From: Eledone cirrhosa
Lineage: Eukaryota
NCBI GenBank assembly: GCA_964016885.1
Contig: OZ024743.1
Location: 248,434,001 to 248,498,000, forward strand
DNA: 64,000 nucleotides
Direction: 5' to 3'
Positions 46,401 through 60,798 of the stretch are shown here, piece by piece (the first letter of the stretch is position 1; each line of letters opens with the position of its first letter). Made by a program: the position numbers and the translations under genes. The notes under the pieces are model-generated. The model saw only the letters and a list, made by a program, of their open reading frames with translations. It was not told where the DNA came from and did not search any database.

Positions 46401-49331
46401 AAAATCGTTAGAGTATTGGTCAAAATGCTTGGAAGTATTTCTTCCTTCTCTTTATGTTCTGAGTTCAAACTTTGCCTCACATCCCTCTAGGGTCAATAAA
46501 ATCAAATCCCAATTAAGTACTGGGGTCAATTCAATCAATTTTCCCAGCCCATCAAAAATGTCTGGCTTTGTGCTTAGATTAGAAATTATTATCATGTATA
46601 AAATGCACGAAGATTTTAACATCAAATTTCTAGTTAAAATGAGCATCTTTTACTTGAAAGGTATGGTGTTAGTTTTCATTTTACCTTGCAGCATATATCA
46701 CCAGGAAAATATTGGTTAGTTTTGAAGAGTAACACATTACCAAGTTTGAAATGGGAAGATACAGTTGACTAAATCAAATATAATGTACTATTAGAACTTA
46801 TTCGAGTCAATTAAGTCTATGTAGTCACTTGACTAGCTGGAAATAGCAGCCAAATCTCTCTCAAATTACACCCTTAAAATGAAAGGATAGCTTGAATAGT
46901 GTAGAGAGGTGTGCCACAAAAATAAAATTACATTTAAATGATATGAAAAATACAAACTGAAATTCAAAATGTAAAGTTGTGATAGCTAAAACTTGTTTCC
47001 TTTATTGAATAAGGTAGTAAATCTGTTCTTAATAGATTTCCGTTGTTTGAATTAGTCTAAAAAAGAAAAGATTTGTCCAAGTGTATCTGCTGCATGATCC
47101 CAGTAGACAGAATTAAGAATGAATGATGAAAGAGATTCACAAAAAAGATTTAGTTCAACTCAAAGAGTTTATTTTTGCGGGTGGTGATCTCCGTCCTGGT
47201 TGCAGTAAATAGGGAAATGGTTCAGAGACCTAGGACATCAAATGTTTCCACTGTTATTTATTTATATTTAGAAGCAGAAATATATAAATAGCATTTAAGC
47301 TGGCTTTATCATGCCAGAATTCCCTCACCTCTTTCTGTTCAAACCGGCCATAACTGGCTGCTCAGCCATAACTGGCTGTTAAAGTATTGTTCTCAAAATA
47401 AATAATTGTTTCTACTTTAGGCACAAGGCCAGCAATTACCCAGTGCATTACTGGTACTTTATTTTATCGACCCCGTAAGGATGAAAGGCAAAGTCAACCT
47501 TGGCGGGATTTGAACTCAGATCGTAAAGGGACGTAACTATGCTGGAAAGCATGACGTCCGACCCTCTACCGATACTGCGAATCCACCGCCCTTCTCAAAA
47601 TAATTAATATCAAAATCTCATAGATTCAATATCATTACCATGAAAATATAATAATATATATAGAGTAAATGCTTTAAGTATGAAATGCACTAAAAAATAT
47701 CTATTTTTATTTGCTGCAAGTAAAAAAATGTTTAGAAACTAGTGATGTAGCTAGAGTTTGTACCATCTGGGTCAGTCCTTACATTTTCTTCTCAATTCCT
47801 GCTACAAAAAACAGCACACTTTACATACTCCACACTCCAAAAAAGTGCCACTCAGAGCAAACCACCCTTCTTGCCTCCTTATAGCTAAGCTACTGTTGGG
47901 AACATCTAAACTACAATCTCAGTTTTCTCAAACATATACTGTAGCTAGTCCATGAAAGATATTTTGTGACATGAACTAGACAGAATATCTTAATACAAAT
48001 ATGCTTCTGTGAACAAAAAAGACAAGTCTAATGTTGTTAAATTACATATCTCTCTCCATCACATAGCAACAGCATTTTCACTACACTTATTCATTAAACA
48101 GAAATCAATGAATATTCACAAATATATATTCCATTTCTATGCAGGAGTGATAGTAGTAATAGTATTAAGCAGTAAATTATAGAATTCAGTTAGTTTGGCA
48201 GTCATTAGAGAGTTGGATAGAATGTGTTGTGATATTTTTTCCAGCTCTCTGCACCGTGTGATCAAATCTCACTGAGGTCCACTGTGTATGAAAACAATCC
48301 TTTGGGTTCAGGTCCAAGGCATTAATATTTTTGTAATTGTTGAAATAAATTGGGTTGTTGTCTAATCTTCTTTAAAAACTTGATTTATTCCAATTTCTTG
48401 ATTGTGATTGAACCTGTTTGGCGTTGTTATTAGGGTTATAATTTTTGTTATGTTGTGTGAACTAGTATCCCCAATACTGAGTGGTATTGTGACGAGTTGA
48501 AGAGAGGTTCTTGTTTCTTCCAATAAAGTTGTTTCATTGTCTAACCCTTTAGCATTTACATTACTCTATATTTACTATATTTTCATGGTAAAGGTTTTAC
48601 CTCACATAATTATTTCACATAATATCAAATCTACGAGATTTTTTATATTATTTATTTTTAGAACAATAACTTAACATCAGTATGAGTGGCTGGTTATAGC
48701 TGGTTTGAACAGAGAGAGGTGTGAAAATTTTGGCCGGACCGGCTGGTTGAAATTCTAAAGGGCTAAATATTGCAGGAACTTCTCATAAGATTTAATATTA
48801 CTGTATCTGTATCCTCAATGAGAAATATTGTATCCTTATGAAAAGGGTTTTTGTGAATAATATTTTACACATTCAAGCAATTTCAATACTTTTGACTATA
48901 CCACTACTTGATAATTATAGATAAGCCTGTTTGTTACTTGCTGTTTGTGTGCAGGATTTGTAAGTTTTTATTTTCTTTAAGAATTATACTCTGCTTTGAA
49001 TCCTGTTCTTTTGAAAATAGGGTTGTATTTTTAATTTTTATCAAACCGGATATCTTTCAGTTAGGAATCTATCCAATCACAGTGCTGTAATCCTAAGGCA
49101 TTAAAAAGTAATCAATTACCAAAGGGTCAAATGTTCTAAAAAAAAACCTGAATTGGAAACCACCCCTTTGAAGATAACTTCGTATATTCTTTTTATCAAA
49201 TCAGATATATTTCTGAAAGGAATATATCCAAATTGCAAAGTTCTATTTGCAGGACATTTTGAAAATGGGTAGACAAAATAAATAACAGAATAATTGTACG
49301 AAATAGAGCAACTGCGACAATCATATCTATA

Positions 49332-49460
49332 TATGCACCTCAATCTGGACTGTCAGACATACTAAAAGACAGGTTCCATGTGTCTGTAATGCACACTGCT
49401 TCCCAAATAAGTGACAACGACCTCATAATCATTGCAGGCGACTTTAATGGGTATGTGAAT
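49332..49460 (+). mobile_element. RTE APE-endonuclease relic
   Basis: YAPQSGL..KDRF....LIIIAGDFNGYV motif. Confidence 0.65.
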
Positions 49461-49719
49461 TGATATGAAATATCAAATCCATTTTTCTCTAGGACACACC
49501 GTTTCGGAGCCTTTCAGTGACATACACATATACATACATATACATACTCTCTTAAATATATAGTAGATATACATCTTCAGAGCACAGAAGTGTGTGAATG
49601 AAACAGATAAGTAGGTAAGAAGCATGAACATTAAACTTCAGAAGAAAAGGAAAAAGAAAAGAAAGGAAAAGAGAAAGAAGACGAAGGAAAAATTGAGTAT
49701 AAAATTGAGAACAACTCAC

Positions 49720-49864
49720 AATTGAATGATATCCAGGTCGATCATGACACCACTGGCAATCTACTTGTAGTGGTTTGACAGTCCGTCGATATTCAATTGT
49801 GGCTTTCAAAGCTTTCTCAGCAACATCGATATCCCAGTCTCTTGCTTTGAGAAACCGGCAAAGA
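49720..49864 (-). CDS. CRAL-TRIO protein, internal exon (CRAL/TRIO N-domain)
   Basis: tatgcAG acceptor, GTGAGT donor; 145 bp. Reads LCRFLKARDWDIDVAEKALKATIEYRR (RFL.AR.W motif); phase-0 end matches the next exon. First coding exon not identified. Confidence 0.88.
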
Positions 49865-50413
49865 CTGCATAAAGAGAGAAAAGAAATAACAGAAACCAAA
49901 AAAAAAAAAGGGCAATCGATTAAGGAAATGTAAATTCTAAGGAATGACATATATTAGATGAAAAATAAAGGGCTGATGCCGTTGTTGAATGTCAATTAGA
50001 TTTGCCCATATAGTCATCAAATAAGTTTACCTCTTTCATGTACCTTCACCTTACTCTTGAAGAAAATACCTAGACACATATAGATGTACACACACAGTTA
50101 TGTATGATTACACAGATGCACATACACAGAAAGATATGCATTATCACATAGCTAAATACACAGAAAATTATGTATGATCACATAGCTACATACACAGCTA
50201 CATGTAAAGACCTAGATCTGATTATATATATTAAGAAGAATTTGGGAAAGGTACAGTTCAATTTAGCATCTTGACATCAAAACACACAAAACAAAAACGT
50301 CAATAACAATCCTTTTAGATCAATAAGTTCAAATTACTCGAACTGAAAAATGTGTGCATTGATGTTCTCTCTCTTTCACAAACTGCCTCCATCTCTCTCG
50401 CTCTCCCCATCTC

Positions 50414-50830
50414 TCATGCAAACGGGAGCCCATGAACTGGCTGGCCTGTGGTCCTGGAGGGCAGAATAAAGAAGGCATTTCCCCTTAGGATAGTGAGGGA
50501 GATGTGTTGGAAGAGCCATTCCAACTCGCAAGGTTCACACCTGCAGATAGCCAACTCTCTGCTGATAGTGGTGAGTAGGGAGGTGGTCCTAGGGCTAAAA
50601 ATGCTAAAAGTCTCCACTGTTATGGGCTCGCCCGCAAATCTGTCAGAGAGTGACCAATATTTGGAGAGTTTACCCTCCTTGGCCTGAAGTGCAGAAGAGC
50701 CTGGATTAATAGCAAACTGCACCAGGTTGTCACTCAAGAAAGTGTCACCGCATGTATCATTCCAGATGAAATATTTACTGCCACAGAAGATGGTTACGCC
50801 ATCTGGACTTTTGCTGAGAGGGGAAGCCTG
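50414..50830 (-). mobile_element. CRE-type non-LTR retrotransposon restriction-like endonuclease relic
   Basis: PDG..IW.DTC.DT..K.SKY..P..VETF..LFQHISLTILRGNA pattern; a more decayed relative is at ~47130-47253 (minus). Confidence 0.65.
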
Positions 50831-52884
50831 CAGCAATCAATAGGTTACATGTTTCTTATTAGGATTATATACCATGTAACCTTTAAGAATTTCAGCTAAT
50901 AAACTTTTCAATGTCAGCTATGTTAAACAAGGTGTGTTAATTTTTAGCAACTCTGAAGAAATACAGGAGATAATTTCAAGAAATTAAGAATAAATTCAGT
51001 TAAATTGACATGCTTAAGACAAAAGAACAATTTCATTTCCCTCTACTATGAAATATAAAGATGGAAACTAAAGTCAGATAAAACAAAGTTGTTTAGAACT
51101 GGAACTTTAACTGGCACCTTGGTATTTTACCTATCCACCCTTCACATCTACAATGGATTACATGGATTTCCAAAGGATTCCTTAAATTTTTGGATTATTT
51201 TTTATTAGCTGTTTATTATTACTATCTTTCTAAAAAAGACTACTACATTATTGCTTGGCAGTATCGGTAGAGGGTCGGACATGCTTTCCAGCATAGTTAC
51301 GTCCCTTTACGATCTGAGTTCAAATCCTGCCGAGGTTAACTTTGCTTTCATCCTTACGGGGTCGATAAAATAAAGTACCAGTAATGTACTGGGTATTTGC
51401 TGGCCTTGTGCCTAAAATAGAAACAATTATTGCTTACATTATAAATACATTGGACAAAATATTTTTCTATACATTCATGTTCACACACACACATATAGAG
51501 AGAAATAGAGGGGGAAAGGCATTTCAACCAATTACCTCCCCTTCCTGATACTAATCCTTTTAGTTGCGTTTTACGACATGCAGGGATATACAGTGTGCCA
51601 TATATATTGGGAGGGTCATGCTACCAATCAAAACAGTTGAGTTTCACTTCAGTGATTTTATCAATCAGTTGGTCAAAATTCTTTCATCACAGCAAGTGAC
51701 CTTATTCGTGGCTCTTGTTATCTATGCATTCTTTTCATCCACATACATACATACATACATACATACACATACATACATACATACATATAAGGAGACAAGC
51801 TGGCAGAGTTGTTAGAACATCAGATAGAATGCTTTACCATATTTGTTCAGGCTTTCTGCATTTTGAGTTCAAATACTGCCAAGAGCAACTTTGTTTTTCA
51901 TCAATTAAATAAAGTACCAGTCTAGTACTTGGTTGATTATTATTATTACTATCTAAACTATAATAAAGGAAGATCTGCGGGATTGCGTACGGTTTATTTA
52001 TTTTTATCCCGTTTGTAAAATAAGTTGGATTACTTTGAATAAATAATTGTTTCTACTTTAGGCACAAGGCCAGCAATTAACCAGTGCATTACTGGTACTT
52101 TATTTTATCGACCCCGTAAGGATGAAAGGCAAAGTTAACCTCGGCGGGATTTGAACTCAGATCGTAAAGGGACGTAACTATGCTAGAAAGCATGGCGTCC
52201 GACACTCTACCGATACTGCCAATCCACCGCCCTTTGAATAAATAATGAATGAATATTACATAATTTATGTGCTAAATTTCGTAAACAAAAATAATTTCGT
52301 AAAAATAAATAATCTAAAATTGACTTCTTTTCAAAGTTGAACTTCCGGTATTGCGTTGCCACCACCACCACCATATATATAGAAAGAGACTTTGTGATCA
52401 CACAAATATACATACATTCACACAAACATACATACTTTCACACAAATATACATACATTCACACATATACATTTACACAAACACATACAGTCATGATAGCG
52501 TTCGGTTTAATTGGAGAATGGGAGGGTATACTTTCACACAAATATACATACATTCACATATACTTTCACACAAACATACATTCATACATAAATTCACACA
52601 TATACATTTACACAAACATACATACATTCATACATATACATTTACACAATCACACACATACAGTCATGATAGCGTTCGGTTTAATTGGAAATGGGAGAGT
52701 AAAACAAGTATAACGTTTTATTTATTTATTAACTCTTTTTTTAAAAACTCATCTAAACTATAATAAAGTAAGGAGCGCGGGACTTCTTTAAAATTTCTGA
52801 AATGTCAACACTTCCGATTGGCCATCGCTTAAATAAACACTAATTTTCTGTCACTAATTTTCTCCTAATGCAGTTTATATATAA

Positions 52885-53666
52885 CTAGCAGCAGTACCCA
52901 GCGTTGCATTTGTAGGTAAAATAATATCTGCTTTGATGAAAAGGTGTTGATCTTAGCGACTGCTTCTCGATGACTCATCTATGGGTGGCCATGCGGGGGA
53001 GGGTGATGATGACCTCTATCACTGAGAAACCCGGGTGACTGACGAAGGGACATGCTGGGGGAGGGAGTTTAGAATTTGAACGAAATCGGTAAATCGGTTG
53101 AAGAGCTAAAGCCGAAACGGCGGAAATTTGAGCAAAAAGGTGGTATTTTCAAATATTTAAGCGGCTGCCACGCCGTTCCTAAACAAAAAATCCAAAATGT
53201 AAACCCACTTTAAGACGTGAAATAATCAGATCTAGCGTAGTGTAAAATTTGAACAAAGTAGGTTGATTAATATGAGTCTAAAATGGTATTTTTGAATATT
53301 TAAGCGGCTGCCACACCGTCCGTGAACAACAAATGCAAAATATAAAGCCATCACAGGATGTGAAATGATAAATTCTATTTTGCTTTAAAATTTGAACGAA
53401 ATCGGTGGCAAAATGTGGGAGCTAGAGCTAAAAATCTTATTTTTCGATACCTAAAAAAAGGTGACCCCCCCCCCCCCCCCTATCGATTTTTATCTGCAGA
53501 ATGACCCCGGAATAAAAAAAAACGATACGCTGATATATAGAAAACACTCCCCGATGACTAATCTATGAGCCTGTAAAGTTTCTTCAAAATCGGTCGTAAG
53601 ATGTAGGCCCCTATAGGTAATACACAGACACACACACACATATACTTAATTTTATATATATACAGA
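52885..53666 (-). mobile_element. Non-autonomous Helitron
   Basis: The minus strand starts A|TCTGTATATATATAAAA and ends GCAACGCTGGGTACTGCTGCTAG|T (5'-TC...CTAG-3' in an AT site). Internal ~140-bp subrepeats (AATATTTAAGCGGCTGCCAC x2, AATTTGAACGAAATCGGT x2). Confidence 0.65.
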
Positions 53667-54029
53667 TTTCGTCTTTTTTAATGTATCATGGATTACGTTA
53701 CTGATTAAATAAGACAGTGTAATGCAGTCTTTGTTCAATTTCTATGTTTTATATATTGTCAATTACGATTTTATTTGATGTATCATATCTACATGTATAT
53801 ATACCCGCGTATAATATCAATATACACATTACACATGCTAGCAGAAAACCACCCTTTGGGTGGTTTTTCTGCTAGTTATTATAAAGGGTGGTGGATTGGC
53901 AGTATCGGTAGAGAGCCAGACACCATGCTTTGCAGCAAAAAGTTACAGCACTTTACGGTCCGAGTTCAAATCCCGCCAAAATTAACTTTGACTTTCATCC
54001 TTACAGGGTCGATAAAATAAAGCAACACC

Positions 54030-55110
54030 GTCCTTGTTGTATGTATTGACTCTCGAGCCACTACTACACAAATTAGAGACATTGAGGAGCACCCCGCACA
54101 AACTAGGACATGGAAGATCTGTGTCGGCTTATGCCAATGACGTCACAGTCATAGTGTTGAACACCAAACACATTAAGGTGATTGGCACTACTCTGAAGGA
54201 ATATGAAGTGCTGACAGGATAAAAATTAAGGAAAAATCCGTGGGCCTACAACTCGGCAAATGAAGGGGCAGGTCCATGTTGTCTAACAGTGTAGTCTAAC
54301 AGGATGGATGGACCATTTAAATTATTCGGGGTCTGGTTTGGGGCCTGACCTCCAGATGGACAGAAATTGGGATGAGGTGCTGAACGGAGTGGCCAATCTC
54401 ACCCAGAAATGAGCCGAGAGCTGTCCCTGAAAGGTAAGGCAGAGGTGGTGAACACGTTCATCATGTCCGTCATCTACAACCGCTCGACCGTCGTGCCTTG
54501 TCCCAAACCCCGTCTGACTGCACTGGAGCATTTGCTCTTCCAATTCTTGTGGAAAGGACGTGTTCTGATGGTCAGGCAGACCATTGGCTGTCAACAGCCC
54601 CTGAGTAGATGACTGGGAATGCCGTGGCTAATGATATGCAGACATGCGCTGAGGCCCGACATCTCTATCTCTTCCTAATCAGTGAACAGGTGTAGTCACC
54701 GTTCACCAGATGCATGTTCCACCCAGCTTGTATCCTTAACGGAGCTACAGTCCTTGGTCAAGCGGAGATTGAGAGAGAGTACTTGGAAACTGGAATGTCT
54801 CAAGGCGCTTACAGCCCTTCAACAATCAGGCAATATGATCGGTGGAATCACTACCTTGGCGTTCTATAAAGGGTTAGTGGCAGATAAAAGCGAGAACGTT
54901 CTTAGGGAAGCTCTAGACATTGACGAAAATCAACTAACCACTTTTTTCGAAAGGACTTTCGGTCCAGGGCCCATGGATAATTTCCAGAAATCCGTGCTAC
55001 CAAGGAGCTTTGCCAGTTTGAGATAAACTCTACAGACATGGAAGTGCCGTCAGCCGGGCCTGTCTGAGATGTGCGCAGGACCTTGAAACCCTCCTGCACG
55101 AGATCGACCT
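54030..55110 (+). mobile_element. Decayed L1/Tx1-type LINE fragment
   Basis: LYVLTLEPLL, SAYANDV, GVWFGPDLQ..NW, LSLKGKAEV, FLWKG; many stops. Confidence 0.7.
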
Positions 55111-55521
55111 AACACATTGAGCATGTGGCTGGGGATTGAAATCAAATTTCATTATAATAAAAAATTTGTTATAATGGAATTTTACCTGTATATACACATA
55201 TATATAGTTCAATGAAGCAACAGAGGTACAAAATGTCTTAGTTTGATGCATTATATGGAAAAGGGGATGAGAGTTCAATGCATCAGGCTTTAGCCCTTCT
55301 TCAGGAGTACAAAAATAGAGACAGGATCACAAAGGATAGATACAGAAAATAAAAGGTAGTCCAAGTAACGCAAAACAAAACAAAAATAAAGAGTAAACAA
55401 GATAAATTATTAGGTAGTCTTGGTAACAATTTTGGAACGCAAAGTGAACATATATATATCATCATCATCATTTTGATACATATAAAAAGAATTATGATGA
55501 TATATATATATTATGATAATA

Positions 55522-57462
55522 TGTAAAGGAGATGCCCTAGATAGGTGTAACTATAGAGGCATTAAATTAATCGACCAGGTCATGAAGGTCACGGAAAAAG
55601 TAATAGCGCAACTAATCAGAGAGAGAATTGATCTAGATGAAATGCAGTTCGGGTTTGTGTCAGGCAAAAGTACCACAGACGCTCTTTTCATTGTACGACA
55701 ACTACAGGAGAAATACCTAGCTAAAAGTAAACCCCTATACTTAGCTTTTGTTGACTTGGAGAAAGCCTTCGACAGAGTCCCCCGTTCCATTATCTGGTGG
55801 GCTCTTAGAAAACTAGGTGTTGACGAATGGCTTGTGAGAGCTATACAAGCCATGTATAAAGAAACAGTCAGCAAGGTTAGAATTAACAACGAATATAGTG
55901 AAGAGTTTAGCGTAAAAGTTGGTGTCCATCAGGGCTCTGTTCTTAGCCCCCTACTATTTATTATTGCCCTTCAGGCTATAACAGAGGAGCTCAAGACCGG
56001 CTGCCCATGGGAACTCCTATACACAGATGATCTAACGCTCATAGCTGAATCAATGACTGAACTAGAGAAGAAATTCCAAACATGGAAGTACGGCCTAGAA
56101 TCAAAAGGCCTTAAAATTAACCTGGCTAAGACTAAAGTTCTAGTTTGTAGGAAAGAAAATAAGGCGGCGGTCCCTTCCGGGAAATGGCCATGCTCAGTGT
56201 GTAGGAAAGGCGTGGGTAGAAACTCCATTTTATGTCCCAAATGCAAAGTATGGGTGCATAAAATATGTAGTGGGATCACAGGTAAGCTAACTAAGAACAT
56301 AGATTTTACATGTGGCCGGTGCTCTGGTGCAATAAGTAGCAGCAAGTGCCCACAAAATACTAGCTCTTTCAATTGCGCAGAGGGTTCTATAGAAATAGTG
56401 GACAGCTTCCGTTACCTGGGTGACAAAATCAGCAGTGGGAGAGGGTGCTCTGAAAGTACAGTAGCTAGAGTCAGAACTGGATGGAAAAAGTTCAGAGAGC
56501 TTATACCACTATTAGCTGCTAAAGGGTTCTCCCTAAAAATGAAAGGCAGGTTATACGATGCCTGCATACGAACAGCAATGCTGCATGGCAGTGAGACCTG
56601 GGCATTGTGTGCAGAGGATATACGCAGACTAGAGAGGAACGAAGCTTGCATGCTCCGCTGGATGTGCAATAGTAATATATGTGAACGGCTAAGCATAAAC
56701 GAACTAAGGAAAAAATTAGAAATAAGAGGGATCAGATGTTGTTTACTCGAGAGAAGGCTACGTTGGTATGGTCACGTGATGCGCATGAAAGACGACAGCT
56801 GTATAACAAAGTGCAGGGCAATAAAGATAGACGGTAGCCATGGAGTAGGCAGACCCAGAAAAACCTGGGACGACATGATAAATTCCGACCTCACACGCTT
56901 ACACCTCTCCAAGACAATGTCACTGGACCGAGACCTTTGGCGGTACTCAGTAATAGAGAAGACCCGCCTTACCTAAATACAAAGTAAAACCTACTACAGT
57001 CAGTAGGCATCTCTATCAAAACACACCCCCACCCCATCCACACCGCCCCTTTCAATGTAAAGTTATGTTGGTGCCACAACATCCAGGCCGAAACAAATGA
57101 GATCGTGTAGGTGTCACGACAAAAAAACACACAGTCCACGCTGTAAATGTGGCCGTGTAGGCAACACGGTAAAAACATCCCAGCCCCACACTGTAAATGT
57201 GGTTGGTGTTAGGAAGGGCATCCAGCTGTAGAAAACCCGCCAGACTGTCCACGCTGTAATGTGGCCGTGTATGCAACACGGTAAAAACCTCCCAGTTCCA
57301 CACTGTAAATGTGGTTGGTGTTAGGAAGGGCATCCAGCTGTAGAAAACCCGCCAGACAGTCCTATGCGAGCAAGACAACCACTCTTGCCTCAAGTGGGAA
57401 AACCCCCGTCCAAACCCATGCAAGCGTGGAACACGGACGCTAAACCTTGATGATGATGATGA
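55522..57462 (+). mobile_element. RTE LINE, 5'-truncated, open RT frame (sister of 28134-30316)
   Basis: Uninterrupted frame to 56976 with a Cys-rich insert (C..C...C..C...H..C); YADD reads YTDD; duplicated block in the 3' UTR; (GAT)n tail. Confidence 0.92.
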
Positions 57463-58313
57463 ATATGTGTGTGTGATTTACATCCTATTTTAGATACTAA
57501 ATAAAAACTGTTCATATTTTATCCGATGTTATCCTAGAAAGCGTTATATTAAAACAATATGTCTTAAATCTGCTAACAAGCAACTCTATGCAGCACAATG
57601 AGTTAAAACAAAAATCAGACCAATCATGATACAATGTTAGCAACAAAATATGTTATTGAGGCTATAACATTTTTTTAATTTTTTTATTTACTTGATCATA
57701 AACCTACATAGATTATTTTGTCACACTCGAAAAAGATAATGACATGTTAGTATAGATTCTGTGTAACCAATGATTCTTTAAAGAATCCGTTTTATTGATT
57801 TCTAAAGATACATTTTTCACATATGTGTATTAACTGATCACCAAAGGGTGGTACAAAATCAGTGATTCCACTCAATAAAAAAATTGCCCCCCCCCCCCCC
57901 CCCCCTCCTGAGACCTATTCCTGAGAAATTCTGAAATGAAAGGCTGTTAATAATATCCATATCCTTCATTGCTTAACTAAAGCTAATAGGAATCATGTGC
58001 CTAATAGAATAGAAATATGATACATGAATATAACATGAAGCAATAGATAAATAATCAAAAATAATTAATAAACATGATAGCTCTTTTGTTTTCCTTAAAC
58101 CTTCAGGCTCACATTTATCAATTATCCTACAATGATTCATACTAGGGAAATCACCTAAAATATTCAGTTACACAGAAAAATTAAATGATATTCAATATCT
58201 ATATATTTGCTACTAAATATTGAAAAGCTAGATTGTTTTATAGACTATGTATAACTGATTTGTTATTCCTCATGTATAGGTAGTAAGGTTTCGAATTAAA
58301 ATCTATACATGAT

Positions 58314-58650
58314 GGAGGCACATAGCTTAGAGCATTGGCCTTGCAATCGAAAGGTTGTGAGTTCAATTCTCAGACCGGGTGATGTGTTGTTTCCTTGAGC
58401 AAGACACTTTATTTCACATTGCTCCAGTTTACTCAGCTGTAGAAATGAGATGATAGGGACTGAGGTCCATATCATTCCACTGCAAAGTGGTCGTGGAGGT
58501 GCCACAGCAAAAAAGCACCCAGCACTCACTGTAAATGAGGTTGGTGTTAGGAAGGGCATCCAGCTGTAGAAATCAAGCCAGAATCAGTTCCCGTCCCACC
58601 CTTGCAAGCAGGGAAAAAGCGGACGTAAAATGAAATGATGATGAATGATG
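58314..58650 (+). mobile_element. SINE with tRNA-like head and RTE-derived tail
   Basis: GAGTTCAATTC B box; ends CCCGTCCCACCCTTGCAAGCAGGGAAAAAGCGGACGTAAAATG, matching the RTE 3' end at 33033-33075. Confidence 0.75.
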
Positions 58651-58745
58651 ACATATATTTATGTATATAGGAGGCCCAGGTTCAATCTGGGGTAACAACA
58701 GTTAGTAAGTTACTCAATACATTAGTAGAGTGTAAAGATCTAGTC

Positions 58746-59121
58746 GGAATTCCACCTGTGTATATATATATATATAGAGAGAAAGAGCCATATATATACA
58801 CAGGTGGAATTCCACCTGTGTATATATATATATAAAGAGAGAAAGAGCCATATATATACACAGGTGGAATTCCACCTGTGTACATATATATATAGAGAGA
58901 AAGAGCCATATATATACACAGGTGGAATTCCACCTGTGTATATATATATATAGAGAGAGAAAGAGCGATATATATACACAGGTGGAATTCCACCTGTGTA
59001 TATATATATAGAGAGAGAAAGAGCCATATATATACACAGGTGGAATTCCACCTGTGTATATATATATAGAGAGAGAGAAAGAGCCATATATATATACACA
59101 GGTGGAATTCCACCTGTGTAC
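58746..59121. repeat. ~60-bp minisatellite, each unit carrying a perfect palindrome centred on GAATTC
   Basis: TACACAGGTGGAATTCCACCTGTGTA x6 plus a half copy; GAATTC at 58747, 58807, 58867, 58925, 58985, 59043, 59105. Confidence 0.95.
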
Positions 59122-59194
59122 ATATTCTTCTATGGAATATGTATTTGGTATATATACAGTATTTCTTAAATGATATGTGGCTCTTTCTCTCTCT

Positions 59195-59632
59195 CATCAT
59201 CATCGTTTAACATCCATCTTCCATGCTAGCATGGGTTGGAAGGGCTTGTCCCACTTGAAGCAAGATTGGTCAGGTGACCGTGTCTTGCTCGTACAGAACT
59301 GTTTCTGGCAGGTATTCTATGGCTGGATGCCCTTCCTACCACATTTACAGTTTGAAATGGGTGCTTTTTTCTTGTCACCTACACGACCACTTTACAGTGG
59401 GAGGATGGAGTGAGGGGTGTGAGGTGTGGTAGGGTGGGGGTGTATATTGGATTTAGCGGTGCCTTCTGACTAGGTTTAAGTTCGTATGTAAGTGAAGGCC
59501 TGTTTTCTGTATAACTACATAGCACCAAAGTTCTCGATACAGTGACATTGCCATAGAAGTGTAAGTGAGCAAGGTCAGTTTTTATCACCCCATCCCAGGT
59601 TTTCCTCAGTCTACCCACTCCGTAGTTTCCAT
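59195..59632 (-). mobile_element. Decayed RTE 3' end
   Basis: GVGRLRKTWDGVI motif, RTE 3' UTR and (CAT)n tail. Confidence 0.7.
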
Positions 59633-60798
59633 ATACATATATATTTTTCATTTGGTTATATATATATATAGATGTATATATATATAGGGACTACAGAAGT
59701 TTTTTTATGTGGGGTGTGGAACATTTTGGTAGTATTTTTTATAGTTTTGAGAAGGGTCATTAACATTCAAATAGTCCTTTGGAAGAAATAGCATTTTTTT
59801 TCAGATATAAATCATATAAAGGAAGATAAAGAATAACTTAATGAGTAAAATTTTATTTTTTCTATTTACATCTTCTGTGCCTAAAAACATTACCTTGGGT
59901 AGATTTTGAATGTTTTAAAAACCATAACAATTTAAAATTGTATTTTAATAAATTTAATTATAAATGATATAGCTTAGTTTTAGGGAAGTTATTTATATGA
60001 AGTCATTTGTTGGAGAAACAGTAAGCGCTATTTCACTTTCACACTTGTGGCTCAAAATCAGCTGCACCTCACATATTAATTTTCTCTTTTCTGTTTTCTC
60101 TTCATGAATTTTCCATACACTCGCTCACTTGATATTAAAATGTTGCACAAAAGTTGTGCAGTTTTTAACATTGAAGCAGTGATTTCAAGTGTGGTTACAT
60201 ATCTTTCAGGTGCCAAAGTAAAACAACACTGAGAAAGTATTAAACATTAAAAAAATATTTGCTGATTTTTTATTAGTTGATGGTAGTGTATACATACACA
60301 CAATGAAAAATTGCCCACCAGAAAATGGTAGAAGAGAAAGATATGCAGTCGCCTGTTTGTCTTATGTAACTGTTTTCTTATGTGTTTTTATATAATTCAT
60401 CATCATCATTGTTTAACGTCCATCTTCCATGAAGTATGAATAAAAATTGTTTAATTAATTTTTTTGTCATCACTTACAATGGTAACTAACTATAAAACTA
60501 AATTAAATCCTTTATAATTAAATTTAACGAAGCACAGTTTCAAATGGTCAAGTTTGCTTTCATATGCCAAGTATATATATATATATAAATACATAATCGG
60601 AGAAAGCTAATAGCGATACTCTGGCCAAATCCCAACTCACTCAACAAACATTAGGAAATACCCGAGTATATTCCTGATTAAACGTTCGGGGTGTTAACTA
60701 ATTGTATTGTGTGGAAAATTGGCTGTATCATTTCATATGAGATATATCAAATATATCCCTTCCCAGACGGACATATATATATATATATATATATATAT

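Noticed and set aside
51251-51431. tRNA gene
   Set aside because: The B-box-bearing head continues into a multi-copy SINE body; no cloverleaf.
52330-52830. Promoter of the CRAL-TRIO gene (ACTTCCG, ATTGG motifs)
   Set aside because: Short motifs within repeat-like sequence, and the first exon could not be located.
58746-59121. CRISPR array
   Set aside because: The spacers are near-identical simple sequence, the context is eukaryotic and there are no cas genes.
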